Source: an uncultured Pelagibacteraceae bacterium (GTDB lineage: Bacteria > Pseudomonadota > Alphaproteobacteria > Pelagibacterales > Pelagibacteraceae). Taken from it: DNA of 64,000 nt. The notes below the pieces were generated by a model, which had not been told where the DNA came from, made no database searches, and saw only the letters and a list, made by a program, of their open reading frames with translations. Shown here one piece after another: positions 20,814 to 31,939 of this stretch; the stretch's first letter is position 1; the number at the start of each line of letters is the position of its first letter. Location: positions 4,258-68,257 of the forward strand of contig CACJGD010000003.1 in assembly GCA_902592935.1 (NCBI GenBank), read 5' to 3'. The position numbers and the translations under genes are program-made.

Positions 20814-22685
20814 ATGAAAAATGATTTGTCATTTGATGTAGTTGTAATTGGAGGTGGTCATGCTGGATGTGAAGCTGCAGCAGCATCAGCTCGTCTAGGA
20901 GTAAACACTGCCCTATTCACTCACAAGATAGAAACTATTGGCGAAATGTCATGTAACCCTGCAATAGGTGGTTTGGGTAAAGGTCATTTAGTTAGAGAAA
21001 TAGATGCTCTTGACGGTGTTATGGGAGATGTTGCAGATAAATCAGGCATACAATTTAGATTATTAAATAGAAGCAGAGGTCCAGCAGTAAGAGGTCCCAG
21101 AACGCAATCAGATAGATCACTTTACCGCAAATATATGCAAGAAAAACTTGTAAACTATTGTAATTTAAGCATTTTTTCAGATCCTGTAATTAAGTTTATT
21201 TTTGATAAAAATACAATAAGTGGATTTGAAACTAAAGAGGGTAAGAAAGTTCTATCTAAGAAGATAATACTTACAACAGGCACTTTTTTGAATGGTTTGA
21301 TACATATAGGTAATGAAAGAACTCCTGCTGGTAGATATGATGAAAAACCTTCAACAGGTTTGACTGAACAATTAGCTAAATATGATTTTAAAATTGGAAG
21401 ATTAAAAACCGGAACTCCGCCAAGATTAGATGCACGGACGATTGATTTTAAAAACTTAGAAGAACAATTTGCAGATGAGGATCCCTATTTTTTTTCATTT
21501 TTAACAAAAAAAAATTTGAACAAACAAGTGTCATGTCGAATGACATATACAAATGAGAAGGTTCATAAAATTATAGAAAAGAATCTATCTAAGAGTGCTA
21601 TGTACTCAGGCAGCATAAAAGGAGTAGGACCAAGATATTGTCCATCTATTGAAGATAAGATTGTAAAATTTACAGATAAAGCTCGTCACCAGATATTTTT
21701 AGAGCCAGAAGGTTTAAATGACCATACAATTTACCCAAATGGTATCTCCACATCTCTCCCAGCTGAGATTCAGAAAGAAATATGCAATAATATCAATGGT
21801 TTAGAAAATGTTTCTATTTTGAGACCAGGATATGCAATAGAATATGACTATATAGATCCACGTGAACTATTTTTAACTCTTGAAACCAAGAAGATAAACA
21901 ATCTTTATCTTGCCGGTCAGATCAACGGAACGACAGGATATGAGGAAGCTGCTGCACAAGGCCTTATAGCTGGAATAAATGCTGCTTTGTCAGTAAAAAA
22001 ATTAGAACCTTTCATACTTGATAGATCTGATGCCTATATTGGAGTAATGATTGATGATTTGGTTACTAAAGGTGTAGCTGAGCCATACCGAATGTTTACG
22101 TCAAGAGCAGAATATCGATTGAGTTTGAGATCTGATAATGCTGATCAAAGATTAACTGCCAAGGGTATTGATATTGGATTAATAAGTGATGAGAGAAAAG
22201 ATATATATTTGAGTAAATTTGAACAAATTAGACAAATTAACGTAAAAATGTCAAAATCAAAGATTTCACCATCCAAAGCTGATAAATTTGGAATAAAATT
22301 ATCAAAAGACGGAATATTGAGATCATCTAGTGAAGTTTTAACTCAAAAAGGGGTAAATATGATTAAAATAAGGGAAATATGGTCTGACATACCCTTTTTT
22401 AGTAAAGAAATTGATGAACAGGTAGAAATAAATGCACATTATAGGGGATATTTGAAGAAGCAAAAAGCTGATATTTTAGCATTTAAGAGGGATGAAAATC
22501 TCATTATCCCTGATAAAATCAATTATGATGGACTTTCAGGTTTATCTAATGAGGTAAAAGCTAAATTTAAGGAAATAAAGCCAAAAACTATGGGTCAAGC
22601 CCTAAGAATTGACGGAATAACTCCTGCGGCTGTATATATTTTGTTGTCACATGTCAAAAGAAAGTCTATTAAGCATATAGCTTAA
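20814..22685 (+). CDS. mnmG: tRNA uridine-5-carboxymethylaminomethyl modification enzyme MnmG (GidA)
   Basis: [46 protein letters not shown]. Confidence 0.99.
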   Translation: MKNDLSFDVVVIGGGHAGCEAAAASARLGVNTALFTHKIETIGEMSCNPAIGGLGKGHLVREIDALDGVMGDVADKSGIQFRLLNRSRGPAVRGPRTQSDRSLYRKYMQEKLVNYCNLSIFSDPVIKFIFDKNTISGFETKEGKKVLSKKIILTTGTFLNGLIHIGNERTPAGRYDEKPSTGLTEQLAKYDFKIGRLKTGTPPRLDARTIDFKNLEEQFADEDPYFFSFLTKKNLNKQVSCRMTYTNEKVHKIIEKNLSKSAMYSGSIKGVGPRYCPSIEDKIVKFTDKARHQIFLEPEGLNDHTIYPNGISTSLPAEIQKEICNNINGLENVSILRPGYAIEYDYIDPRELFLTLETKKINNLYLAGQINGTTGYEEAAAQGLIAGINAALSVKKLEPFILDRSDAYIGVMIDDLVTKGVAEPYRMFTSRAEYRLSLRSDNADQRLTAKGIDIGLISDERKDIYLSKFEQIRQINVKMSKSKISPSKADKFGIKLSKDGILRSSSEVLTQKGVNMIKIREIWSDIPFFSKEIDEQVEINAHYRGYLKKQKADILAFKRDENLIIPDKINYDGLSGLSNEVKAKFKEIKPKTMGQALRIDGITPAAVYILLSHVKRKSIKHIA

Positions 22686-23347
22686 TGGATAAAGAAATTT
22701 TAAATTCTTATTCAAGAATCAATCACTTAAATGTTTCACGTGAAACATTTTTGGACTTCGAAAACTATATATCCATGATTCTTGAAAAAAATAAAAAAAT
22801 TAACATAATTAGCCAAAATACAGCATCAAAAAAAGCCATAATTGACCGACATATTATAGATTCTGCGCAAATAATTGATTTTGTTGATTTAAATAGCAAT
22901 ACAACCATTGATATAGGCTCAGGAGCGGGATTGCCAGGGATAATAGTGGCAATTATACTTAAAAATATGAAACATAATATGAATGTGCATCTTTATGAAA
23001 AAAGCTACCATAAAAGCCATTTTTTAAAGGAAGTTTCAGAAAAATTAAATTTAAATACTAAAGTATTTCAAAAAAATATTTTTGAAATAAAAAATTTAGA
23101 AGCAGGAACAATAATGTCCAGAGCATTCAAACCAATGCCAGTGGTTTTAGATTTAGTATATGAAAACTTTTCAAAATATAAAAATTTAATTTTTTTTATG
23201 GGGAAGAGTGGAAAAAAAATTTTTGAAAATTCTAAAAAAAATTGGGAGTTGGAGTATATAGAAAAAAAAAGTTTAACAAATGAAGATTCATTTTTAATAA
23301 ATATTAATAAAATAAAAAAAAAATTAAAGAATAATAAAAAAAATTAA
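22685..23347 (+). CDS. rsmG: 16S rRNA m7G527 methyltransferase RsmG (GidB)
   Basis: RHIIDS, DIGSGAGLPG, SRAF; follows mnmG. Confidence 0.93.
   Translation: MDKEILNSYSRINHLNVSRETFLDFENYISMILEKNKKINIISQNTASKKAIIDRHIIDSAQIIDFVDLNSNTTIDIGSGAGLPGIIVAIILKNMKHNMNVHLYEKSYHKSHFLKEVSEKLNLNTKVFQKNIFEIKNLEAGTIMSRAFKPMPVVLDLVYENFSKYKNLIFFMGKSGKKIFENSKKNWELEYIEKKSLTNEDSFLININKIKKKLKNNKKN
22732..22747. promoter_or_regulatory. parS centromere site (inside rsmG)
   Basis: Exact TGTTTCACGTGAAACA consensus, extended to a perfect 22-bp palindrome at 22729-22750; about 0.6 kb upstream of parAB. Confidence 0.93.
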
Positions 23348-24142
23348 ATGCAAATTATTTCGGTCATAAATCAAAAGGGTGGGGTCGGAAAAACCACAAC
23401 TGTTATAAATCTTGCAGCTGGATTATCTCAAATTAATAAAAAAATTTTAGTAATTGACCTCGATCCGCAGGGCAACGCTACCACAGGTCTGGGATTATCT
23501 AATATGGATAACTCAAGCGACACTATTTATGGAGTATTAAATGGAACTAAAGAAATTAAAGATGTAATTAAAAAAACACAGTTTAAAAATTTACACATTA
23601 TTACATCTAATGTAGATTTATCTGGTTTAGAGGTAGAAACGGCGGATGACAGTAACAGGGCATTCATTCTAAAGGCTAAATTATCCGCATATTTAAACAA
23701 TTCTAGCGGACCATACGATTATGTCTTAATTGATTGCCCTCCTTCTTTGAGCTTGCTGACGGTTATGGCTTTAGTGTGTTCTAATTCACTTTTAGTGCCA
23801 TTACAGACAGAATTTTTTGCCCTGGAAGGCTTAACACAGCTAATGAAGACAATTGATAGAATAAAAGTAAGTTTAAATCCAGACTTAAAAATAAGGGGTA
23901 TACTTTTAACTATGTACGACAAAAGAAATAAGCTTTCTTCACAAGTAGAAAAAGAAGCAAGAGACTATTTTACCGAAAAAGTTTACACAACAGTAATACC
24001 AAGGAATGTAAGATTGTCCGAAGCACCCTCACATGGTATGCCAGTTTTAATTTATGATAAATCTTGTCCCGGTAGTAAGTCATATTTTAGTTTCACTGAC
24101 GAATTTATAAATCAAGAGACTACAATAGGGAGTGCTGCTTAA
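23348..24142 (+). CDS. parA: Chromosome partitioning ATPase ParA/Soj
   Basis: NQKGGVGKTTT, DLDPQGNA, IDCPPSL, IPRNVRLSEAPSHG. Confidence 0.98.
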   Translation: MQIISVINQKGGVGKTTTVINLAAGLSQINKKILVIDLDPQGNATTGLGLSNMDNSSDTIYGVLNGTKEIKDVIKKTQFKNLHIITSNVDLSGLEVETADDSNRAFILKAKLSAYLNNSSGPYDYVLIDCPPSLSLLTVMALVCSNSLLVPLQTEFFALEGLTQLMKTIDRIKVSLNPDLKIRGILLTMYDKRNKLSSQVEKEARDYFTEKVYTTVIPRNVRLSEAPSHGMPVLIYDKSCPGSKSYFSFTDEFINQETTIGSAA

Positions 24143-24984
24143 TGGATAAAATAAAAAAAGGTTTAGGTAGAGGTCTGTCATCGCTAATAGGTGAAGTAAA
24201 AGTTGAGCCAAAAAAAAATCAGTTATCTGTAAGTGATTTAGTACCTAATAAATACCAGCCAAGAAAAATATTCGATGAAACTAGTCTGGAGGAATTAACA
24301 AATTCAATTAAAGAGAGGGGGATGATTCAGCCAATCATTGTTAGAAATTCTAGTAATGATAAATCAAAATTTGAGATAATTGCAGGTGAGAGAAGATGGC
24401 TTGCTGCTCAGAAAGCTGGTCTTCACTATGTTCCAGTAGTTATAACAGAGGCAGATGATTTAAAATCTTTAGAATTTGCAATTGTTGAAAATGTTCAAAG
24501 GCATGATCTAAATCCACTTGAAGAAGCACAAGGATATAAAAGATTAATAGATGAATTTTCTTATGATCAGGAAAAAGTATCAAAATTTATTGGAAAAAGT
24601 AGAAGTCATATAACGAATTCTTTAAGACTCCTTACTTTACCTATAGATGTAATAAAACTAATTGAAACACAAAAATTAACCGCAGGTCATGCTAAGATTT
24701 TGGTTGGTCTTGAAAATGCTAGTTTTGTAGCAGCTAAAATTGTTGATAAAAGACTTTCTGTTAGACAAGCTGAAACCTTCGTGAAAATTTTCAAAAATAA
24801 AAAACAAAAATCTCGTAATGACAAAGATACAAATATAATTGCCCTTGAACTTTCTATTTCAAATAAAATTGGTTTAAATGTAGATATAAAAAATAATAAA
24901 AGAAATAAGGGTAAAATAAGTTTTGAATATAAAGATTTAGATCAATTAAATAAAATAATTAATATAATAAAATCTAACTATTAG
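24142..24984 (+). CDS. parB: Chromosome partitioning protein ParB
   Basis: KGLGRGL, QPRK.F, IAGERRW, ENVQR.DLNP.EEA, HTH GKSRSHITN.LRLL. Confidence 0.98.
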   Translation: MDKIKKGLGRGLSSLIGEVKVEPKKNQLSVSDLVPNKYQPRKIFDETSLEELTNSIKERGMIQPIIVRNSSNDKSKFEIIAGERRWLAAQKAGLHYVPVVITEADDLKSLEFAIVENVQRHDLNPLEEAQGYKRLIDEFSYDQEKVSKFIGKSRSHITNSLRLLTLPIDVIKLIETQKLTAGHAKILVGLENASFVAAKIVDKRLSVRQAETFVKIFKNKKQKSRNDKDTNIIALELSISNKIGLNVDIKNNKRNKGKISFEYKDLDQLNKIINIIKSNY

Positions 24985-25966
24985 TTACTTTTTTAGATTG
25001 CTCCAAAATAAAGTCAGTAATTACATTTATTGAATTATTTAGATTTTTTTTTATTAGAAGTTCAATTTCATTTATTCTATAAATAGCTTTTTTAATATTA
25101 TCTGGGCTCCATTGCAAAATTTGTTTTTTTGTTATTTCTTTGTCCTTCCAAAAAATTGGCGGTCTTGCATTTAATATTGTTAAATCGATATCCTTATTTT
25201 TTTTAAATTCATTTGAAAGTAAAAGAATTTTCTTAGATTTATTTAACAAAGTTCTTAAAATTATAATGCTGTCTTCAGTATTAAAATTGTTCTCATTTAG
25301 AATTCTTAAAATTTTATTTGTGTTCTTAGCTAAACAATTGTCAACTAGCTCAGAAATACTGTGATTTTCTACCAAATTAGTTAATTTCTCAATATCTTCC
25401 AAAGTAATTTTTTTTCTGCTTTTATTCAAAAATTCAATTTTATTTAATTCATTTAATAAAGTCTCTCTATCTCCATTACATCTATTTACAATTAAATTTA
25501 AATTTGATTGTGAAAGTGAAATACTTTTCTGTTTTATAAAATTTAATGCCATTCGAGATAATGTTTGCTCGTTATCTGGATAAAATGGAACACAAATACA
25601 TTTCTTATCTTTTTCAAAAAAAGACCTTAGTTTTGATCTTTTTTCTAAACTATCTGCGTTAAATATAAATATTAAATCGTCTAATTTTTTATCTATAATT
25701 TCATTAATTATTTTAAAAATTTTATCTGTAGATCTTTTAATTATTATGATCTTCTCTGTTTCAAATAGAGACTTTGATAATAGATTTTCTAAAAATAAAC
25801 TAGAATTATCTAAAATTTCTTTTTCTTCATAATTTAAAATATTATTTTTATCTTTTAATAAATTATCAGTTGTTTCTTTTTTTAGTCCTTCATTTTTGCC
25901 ATAAAGTAGGATGTATGGTGTTTTTTTGATATTTATTTTATTAATTTCGTAGGATTTAATTATCAT
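24974..25966 (-). CDS. holA: DNA polymerase III delta subunit
   Basis: LLYG.NEGL, SLF, PPIFWK; leuS-lptE-holA order. Confidence 0.85.
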   Translation of the reverse strand: MIIKSYEINKINIKKTPYILLYGKNEGLKKETTDNLLKDKNNILNYEEKEILDNSSLFLENLLSKSLFETEKIIIIKRSTDKIFKIINEIIDKKLDDLIFIFNADSLEKRSKLRSFFEKDKKCICVPFYPDNEQTLSRMALNFIKQKSISLSQSNLNLIVNRCNGDRETLLNELNKIEFLNKSRKKITLEDIEKLTNLVENHSISELVDNCLAKNTNKILRILNENNFNTEDSIIILRTLLNKSKKILLLSNEFKKNKDIDLTILNARPPIFWKDKEITKKQILQWSPDNIKKAIYRINEIELLIKKNLNNSINVITDFILEQSKKVTNS

Positions 25967-26423
25967 TTATCAGAGATAGCTCAGTAATTAGTTTATTAGA
26001 TATAGATGATGCAAAATTCTGTTTTATAACCCTTTCATACTTTTGCTCTTCGAGTTTATCACTCATATTATTCATATTTTTTTTCTCATTTACAACAATT
26101 TCTTTAATAAACTTATCATCTAGACTGATTTGGAAGACAGTATTACTAGATAATTCGTAATCTGTAATTTTAGCTGTTTTATCTTTTGAGAGAATCTTTT
26201 TACTATACTTAGTTACTAACCTAATGTCATATTGTTTTTGTCCTTGTTTTATTTGAAATTGATTTAAATTAGATTTTAAAAAACTATTTATTGTTCTATC
26301 TCCTTCAAAAGTAATTTTTTTAATAGAAAAGTTTACATTTTTTTTGCTTGAGTGTAAGGGAGTAAACCCACAGTGTGAAATTAAACAGCAAATTATGATC
26401 AATAAAGTAATTTTTTTAAACAT
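25956..26423 (-). CDS. lptE: LptE-like LPS assembly lipoprotein
   Basis: Lipobox-like ISHCGFTPL; lies between leuS and holA; start set at ATG 26423. Confidence 0.7.
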   Translation of the reverse strand: MFKKITLLIIICCLISHCGFTPLHSSKKNVNFSIKKITFEGDRTINSFLKSNLNQFQIKQGQKQYDIRLVTKYSKKILSKDKTAKITDYELSSNTVFQISLDDKFIKEIVVNEKKNMNNMSDKLEEQKYERVIKQNFASSISNKLITELSLINDN

Positions 26424-26424
26424 T

Positions 26425-28974
26425 TTAATTTTCAATAATTATATTAATTAATCTATTTTCAATAAAGATTGTTTTTTTTATTTTTTTATCCTTAATATAA
26501 TGACTTATTTTTTCAGTTTCCTTAATTTTTGTTAATAATTCTTTTTCACTTACATCTTTTTTTACTTTTAATAATCCTCTAGTTTTACCATTTATTTGAA
26601 TTACAAAATTTATTTCATTTTCAACTAAAACATTTTTATTTATTTTTGGCCAATAAAGATTCTTTTCAATGTCCTCTATTTTTAAATTTTCTAAGCACTC
26701 AAAAGAAAAGTGAGGGATTACGGGGATCATGGTAATCAATATATCTCTGTAATTTTCTATCCAACTTTTTTTATCAATTTTTGTACTTATTATTTTATTT
26801 AAAGCTGAATATGTTTCATGAAAGTTAGCTACAATTTTGTTGTAACTAAAATTTTCTATATTATTTTGCACATTATTTATAAATTTTGATTTAAGTTTTT
26901 TAAGTTCATTTACATTTTTTTCTGGATGGTCTGCTTTAATTTCCTCTAGTATTTTTTGATTTAAAACCCATAATTTCTGTATAAATTTAAATGATGACTT
27001 TATTCCTTCATCTGACCACTGAACATCTTTTTCTGGGGGACTGTCAGATAAAATAAATAATCTAACAGAGTCAGCTCCATAATTTTCAATAATATCCTCT
27101 GGATCAATCGTGTTTTTTTTAGATTTAGACATTGACTCTGAAGGACCTACTTCAACTTCTTGATTTTCATCTTTTTTTAAAAATTTTTTTCCATTTATAG
27201 TGACTACTTCATCGGGGTTTATCCAATTGTTATTTTTATCTTTATAAGTTTCATGACAAACCATTCCTTGTGTGAACAAGCCTTTAAAAGGTTCCCTTAT
27301 ATTAAATTTGCTATTTTTAAAGGAGAGTGCATGCATAAAAAATCTAGAATATAACAGATGTAATATGGCATGTTCAACACCACCAATATATTGATCAACT
27401 GGCATCCAATAATTTGCTTCATCAAAATCAAAACCATAATCTTTATTTTTGGATGAGCAGAATCTTAAAAAATACCAAGAAGAGTCTACAAATGTATCCA
27501 ATGTATCTGTCTCTCTAGTGTATTTTTTTCCCTCTATTTCAATATTTTTCCATTCATCAATTTTTTCTAATGGGTTACCAGTTGAATCAAGTTTTTTAAT
27601 TTCAGGTAACTTTACAGGAAGTAAACTTTTAGGAATTTTTACTGGATTATTATTTTCATCATACGCGATAGGTATTGGACACCCCCAATATCTTTGTCTA
27701 GAGATTCCCCAGTCTTTTAATCTAAAATTAGTTTTTCTTTTGCCAAGATTATTATCTTCAAGATAATCAATTGTTTTTTTAATAGACTCGGAAGGAACTT
27801 TTAAATTATTTAAGAATTTGGAATTAATTAATACCCCTCCACCAACATATGCTTTATCATTAATTTCGTCAAAATCTTCATTCTCAGGTTTAACTACTGT
27901 CGTAACTTTTAAATTATATTTTCGTGCAAAATCTAAATCCCTCTGATCGTGAGCAGGACAACCAAACACAGCACCTAAGCCGTAATCCATTAAAACAAAA
28001 TTTGCAAAGTATACCGGAACTTTAATATTTTCATCTAGTGGGTTAATTGCTACTAAATCAGTTTTAAATCCAATTTTTTCAGCAATAGCAATAGATTCTT
28101 CCGTGGTTCCTGTCCTTGAACATTTTTGTTTAAATTCTTTAAAATTGGGATCATTTTCATAATGTTTTGCAATTGGATGATCAATTGATAAAGCCAGGAA
28201 AGACATTCCAAACAAAGTGTCTGGTCTTGTGGTATAGCATTTGATATTTTTTATATTTTTTTCTGATTGAATATTAAAACTTACTTCGCAACCGAAAGAT
28301 TTACCAATCCAATTTTGTTGCATTATTTTGACTTTGTTTGGCCAATCAGAAAGTTCACCTAGACCCTCTAATAATTCATTCGAAAAATTTGTAATATTAA
28401 AAAACCACTGGTTGAGTTTTTTTCTTTCAACAGGTGCTCCTGATCTCCATCCTTTACCATCAATCACCTGTTCGTTGGCTAAAACGGTTTGATCCACTGG
28501 GTCCCAATTTACGTAATTTTCTTTTCTATAAACTAAGCCTTTATCGTAAAGCTCTAAAAAAAATTCTTGTTGATGTTTATAATATTCAGGGGAGCAGGTT
28601 GATATTTCTTTATCCCAGTCTATTGATAATCCTAACTTTTTTAACTGATTCTTCATTGTAGCAATATTTTTTTCTGTCCATGATTTTGGATCTAAATTAT
28701 TTTGTCGTGCTGCATTTTCGGCTGGCATACCAAATGAGTCCCACCCCATTGGATGCAAAACGTTGAAATTTTGAAGTGATTTGTACCTTGCTAAGACGTC
28801 ACCAATTGTATAATTTCTTACATGTCCCATGTGAATTTTTCCAGAAGGATAAGGAAACATTTCAAGACAATAAAATTTTTTTTTATTTTTATCGATCTTA
28901 GTTGAAAAAGATTTATTATTTTCCCATCTTTCTTGCCATCTTTTTTCGATTAGTTTAAAATTATATCTTTCCAC
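26425..28974 (-). CDS. leuS: Leucine--tRNA ligase
   Basis: [34 protein letters not shown]. Confidence 0.99.
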   Translation of the reverse strand: MERYNFKLIEKRWQERWENNKSFSTKIDKNKKKFYCLEMFPYPSGKIHMGHVRNYTIGDVLARYKSLQNFNVLHPMGWDSFGMPAENAARQNNLDPKSWTEKNIATMKNQLKKLGLSIDWDKEISTCSPEYYKHQQEFFLELYDKGLVYRKENYVNWDPVDQTVLANEQVIDGKGWRSGAPVERKKLNQWFFNITNFSNELLEGLGELSDWPNKVKIMQQNWIGKSFGCEVSFNIQSEKNIKNIKCYTTRPDTLFGMSFLALSIDHPIAKHYENDPNFKEFKQKCSRTGTTEESIAIAEKIGFKTDLVAINPLDENIKVPVYFANFVLMDYGLGAVFGCPAHDQRDLDFARKYNLKVTTVVKPENEDFDEINDKAYVGGGVLINSKFLNNLKVPSESIKKTIDYLEDNNLGKRKTNFRLKDWGISRQRYWGCPIPIAYDENNNPVKIPKSLLPVKLPEIKKLDSTGNPLEKIDEWKNIEIEGKKYTRETDTLDTFVDSSWYFLRFCSSKNKDYGFDFDEANYWMPVDQYIGGVEHAILHLLYSRFFMHALSFKNSKFNIREPFKGLFTQGMVCHETYKDKNNNWINPDEVVTINGKKFLKKDENQEVEVGPSESMSKSKKNTIDPEDIIENYGADSVRLFILSDSPPEKDVQWSDEGIKSSFKFIQKLWVLNQKILEEIKADHPEKNVNELKKLKSKFINNVQNNIENFSYNKIVANFHETYSALNKIISTKIDKKSWIENYRDILITMIPVIPHFSFECLENLKIEDIEKNLYWPKINKNVLVENEINFVIQINGKTRGLLKVKKDVSEKELLTKIKETEKISHYIKDKKIKKTIFIENRLINIIIEN

Positions 28975-28991
28975 AGAAATTAAATTATTAT

Positions 28992-29552
28992 TTAATTGCC
29001 TACGTTTGTTGGCTCATAAGGTGTAAAGTTTTTATCTTTTTTTTGAGCCTCATAAATTTTTGCAGTTTTTAAAATTTTTCTTTTTAATTCTTTTTTTATT
29101 TCACCACTTATTTCAGAAATATTACATTTATTTAATTCATTACAAGTTTTTCGAAAAACTTTTATATCAAGTGCATCACTTCGAATTTCATTCGTTAAAA
29201 ATCTAATAGTAATTTTAATATTCTCTGTGTTTTGATTATTTGAGTACCAGTCTGTGATAATTATTCCACCACTATAATTAACAGAAGCTAACGGCATAAA
29301 ATCTATTGCATCTAAACTAGCTCTCCACAACTCATTTGAACTTGCAAATTCAAAATTTCTTGAACCTGTTGCACTCTTTACTTTGTCCATCAACCTAAAA
29401 CCTCTACCTTCTTCCATATTTTTTTTGACCCTTAATTTAGGGTCTGGTGGGAATTTTTTTGCATCAACTGAGTTAAATGGAGCACAAGAATTAAGTAAAA
29501 AAGTCCCAAAACATAGGAAAAATGCAATATTTATGAATTTTTTAGAAAACAT
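28992..29552 (-). CDS. DUF3576-like lipoprotein
   Basis: Lipobox LNSC, LWRASLD...FMPLAS....GGIIITDWY; usual neighbour of leuS in Alphaproteobacteria. Confidence 0.8.
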   Translation of the reverse strand: MFSKKFINIAFFLCFGTFLLNSCAPFNSVDAKKFPPDPKLRVKKNMEEGRGFRLMDKVKSATGSRNFEFASSNELWRASLDAIDFMPLASVNYSGGIIITDWYSNNQNTENIKITIRFLTNEIRSDALDIKVFRKTCNELNKCNISEISGEIKKELKRKILKTAKIYEAQKKDKNFTPYEPTNVGN

Positions 29553-29630
29553 GCGAAATAATCGAAATTATATAATTTTCTAAACATATAATTTAAAAAT
29601 ACCTAAAAATATAGAAAATTGAGCATTATT

Positions 29631-29654
29631 TTATGTTGCAAAAATGCAACATAA
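29631..29654. promoter_or_regulatory. Perfect inverted repeat, candidate transcription-factor operator upstream of the porin
   Basis: TTATGTTGCA-AAAA-TGCAACATAA (10-4-10) in the divergent intergenic region. Confidence 0.6.
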
Positions 29655-29762
29655 CTAAAATAAAACCTTTTAATACAATCTAAATTAATAAATTACTCAA
29701 AAATTCAATATAAATGCAATGTTTATTATTAATAATAACAATAAAAATAAGGAGTAATTAAT

Positions 29763-30704
29763 ATGAACAATTTAAAAAAAGTAGGGTTAACTGCATTAGC
29801 AGGTGCTTTGGTATCTGTATCAGCTAACGCTGCAGACGTTGCTGTAAGTGGTGGTGCTTCTATCAGCTTTGCTGGTGAAGAGAAGCAAACTACTGGTAAC
29901 GGTTGGTCAATGAATGACGGTATTACATTCTCAATGTCTGGAGAAATGGACAATGGTTGGAATGTAACTGTTAAACAAATCTTAAACGATGATGATGTTG
30001 GATCAAATCAAGTATTCGATACTAGATCATTAGGAATCGATATGGGTGATTCAGGAACATTAACTTTCTACGGTACTGGTGGAAGTTCAGTTCTTAATGC
30101 AATTGATGACGTAACACCAAGTGCAAACGAAGAGTCTTGGGATGATGTAACAGGAGCAAGTGCTATTCCTGGAGGAACTGGTGGAGTTAATATGTTCCAC
30201 TATTCTAATGGAAGCCTTATGGACGGTTTAACTGTTTCAGCTTCTTACACACCATCTGGTACTGGAGAAATTGAAAGTTCATCAGACTATGGTTTTGCAT
30301 ACACAGGTGTTGATGGTTTAACAATTGGTGCAGCAACTGGTGAAGATAACTCAGCAGCAGCATCTATTGATATCACTAATATGTATGTAAAATACACTAT
30401 GGATGCGTTTTCTGTAGGTTATCAAGCTTCTGAGGCTGACTCAGAAACTGCTAGTGCTGACAAAGACTTCACAGCTATTGGTTTATCGTACGCTGTAAGT
30501 GATGAAATGTCAGTTTCATACAACATGTCTACAATCGAGTACGAAGATAGCACATTGTCTGACCAAGAAGCTACTGGTGTTTCAGTATCTTATGTAATGG
30601 GTTCAATGACATTAACTGCTAACGCAAACTCTGTTGACAACATCGCTGGATCAACATCTGATAACAGATCTGGTTATGGTATGAGTGTAGCATTTGCATT
30701 CTAA
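29763..30704 (+). CDS. Major outer-membrane porin
   Basis: Signal peptide (VSANA), acidic Gly/Ser-rich alternating beta-strand pattern, C-terminal Phe (AFAF), strong RBS AAGGAG, own terminator. Confidence 0.88.
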   Translation: MNNLKKVGLTALAGALVSVSANAADVAVSGGASISFAGEEKQTTGNGWSMNDGITFSMSGEMDNGWNVTVKQILNDDDVGSNQVFDTRSLGIDMGDSGTLTFYGTGGSSVLNAIDDVTPSANEESWDDVTGASAIPGGTGGVNMFHYSNGSLMDGLTVSASYTPSGTGEIESSSDYGFAYTGVDGLTIGAATGEDNSAAASIDITNMYVKYTMDAFSVGYQASEADSETASADKDFTAIGLSYAVSDEMSVSYNMSTIEYEDSTLSDQEATGVSVSYVMGSMTLTANANSVDNIAGSTSDNRSGYGMSVAFAF

Positions 30705-30726
30705 TTAATTTAGATACAAATTATTT

Positions 30727-30756
30727 AAAAGGCCCCTTTTTAGGGGCCTTTTTTTT
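30727..30756 (+). terminator. Rho-independent terminator after porin (probably bidirectional)
   Basis: AAAAGGCCCCT-TTTT-AGGGGCCTTTT followed by a T run. Confidence 0.92.
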
Positions 30757-31285
30757 ATTCAAAATAGGAAATTCCAGCAAATTCAAAATTATTTAAAAGC
30801 TTAAGCTTTTTTATATTTGTTTTAGACACACCTCCCAAAACAACCACTTTTTTATTAGTTAGATTAGAAATTAACTTAAACCTATTAATTCCTAAGTAGT
30901 TTTTATTTCTCTTAAATATAGATGATATGAATATTCTATTAACACGTTGTATTTCTTTAGTTTTTATTTCTTTTAAAGTGTGTGCAGATCCAATTAAAGC
31001 AAATTTCTTTCTTAATGAAAAAGATAGATGTTTTTTAGAGTTATTAAAAGAAGGAATATACGCCCCATCCAAATCTAATTTAATTGCTAGCTTAATATTG
31101 TTTGATAAATAAAATTTAATATTTCTTTTTTTACAATATTTTTTTATTTTAAGGATAAGTTTCTCATCAGGTAGTTTTGAGTTATAATTTCTATAAATAA
31201 CAGCAGTTTGATTATCTAATCTATCAATATTATTTGTTTCAAATTTATTTATAAAGTAATATTTAATAATCATATTTATATGCAT
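30755..31285 (-). CDS. Thiamine-phosphate synthase (ThiE/TenI)-like protein, divergent
   Basis: YRNY, DG.YIP, GSAHT.KEI, FIS.IF, VLGGV; adjacent to yggS; alternative start at 31273. Confidence 0.7.
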   Translation of the reverse strand: MHINMIIKYYFINKFETNNIDRLDNQTAVIYRNYNSKLPDEKLILKIKKYCKKRNIKFYLSNNIKLAIKLDLDGAYIPSFNNSKKHLSFSLRKKFALIGSAHTLKEIKTKEIQRVNRIFISSIFKRNKNYLGINRFKLISNLTNKKVVVLGGVSKTNIKKLKLLNNFEFAGISYFE

Positions 31286-31939
31286 AGTACTGTAAAAAAT
31301 TTATTAGACATTGAAAAAAATATTAAAGTTTATTTAAATGAGCTAAATATTAAAAGTTATCCAAAAATTATAGCAGTTTCAAAAACATTTAAAATTGATA
31401 AAATCTTGCCACTTATTGATCATGGTCACACTGATTTTGGTGAAAATAAAGTTCAGGAAGCAGTTGAAAAATGGACAGAAATAAAAAAAAATAACTCAAA
31501 AATAAAACTACACATGATTGGGAAATTGCAAACAAATAAAGTTAAATTTGCAGTAAAATTATTTGACTATATTCATTCTGTTGATAGCGTAAAACTTGCT
31601 AAAAAGATATCGGATGAACAAAATAAAATAAATAAAAAAATTAAAATATTTTTACAAGTAAATATTGGTGATGAAAATCAAAAATCAGGAATAAGTAAAA
31701 ATGAGATCAATCAACTAATTTCTTACTGTAAAGAAATTGATCTGGATATAATTGGTTTAATGTGTATTCCTCCTTTTGACGTTGAGTCAGAGGGTTATTT
31801 TGAGGAGATGAATAAATTAAATAAAAAACTTGGTTTTACTGAATTGAGCATGGGCATGTCTTCTGATTTTCTCAAAGCAGCTAAACATTTATCAACATAC
31901 GTTAGGGTTGGATCAAGCATTTTTGGCCAGAGATCTTAA
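31280..31939 (+). CDS. yggS: PLP homeostasis protein YggS
   Basis: IAVSKT, FGENKVQE, HMIGKLQTNK, GLMCIPP, LSMGMS.D, VRVGS.IFG. Confidence 0.97.
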   Translation: MHSTVKNLLDIEKNIKVYLNELNIKSYPKIIAVSKTFKIDKILPLIDHGHTDFGENKVQEAVEKWTEIKKNNSKIKLHMIGKLQTNKVKFAVKLFDYIHSVDSVKLAKKISDEQNKINKKIKIFLQVNIGDENQKSGISKNEINQLISYCKEIDLDIIGLMCIPPFDVESEGYFEEMNKLNKKLGFTELSMGMSSDFLKAAKHLSTYVRVGSSIFGQRS

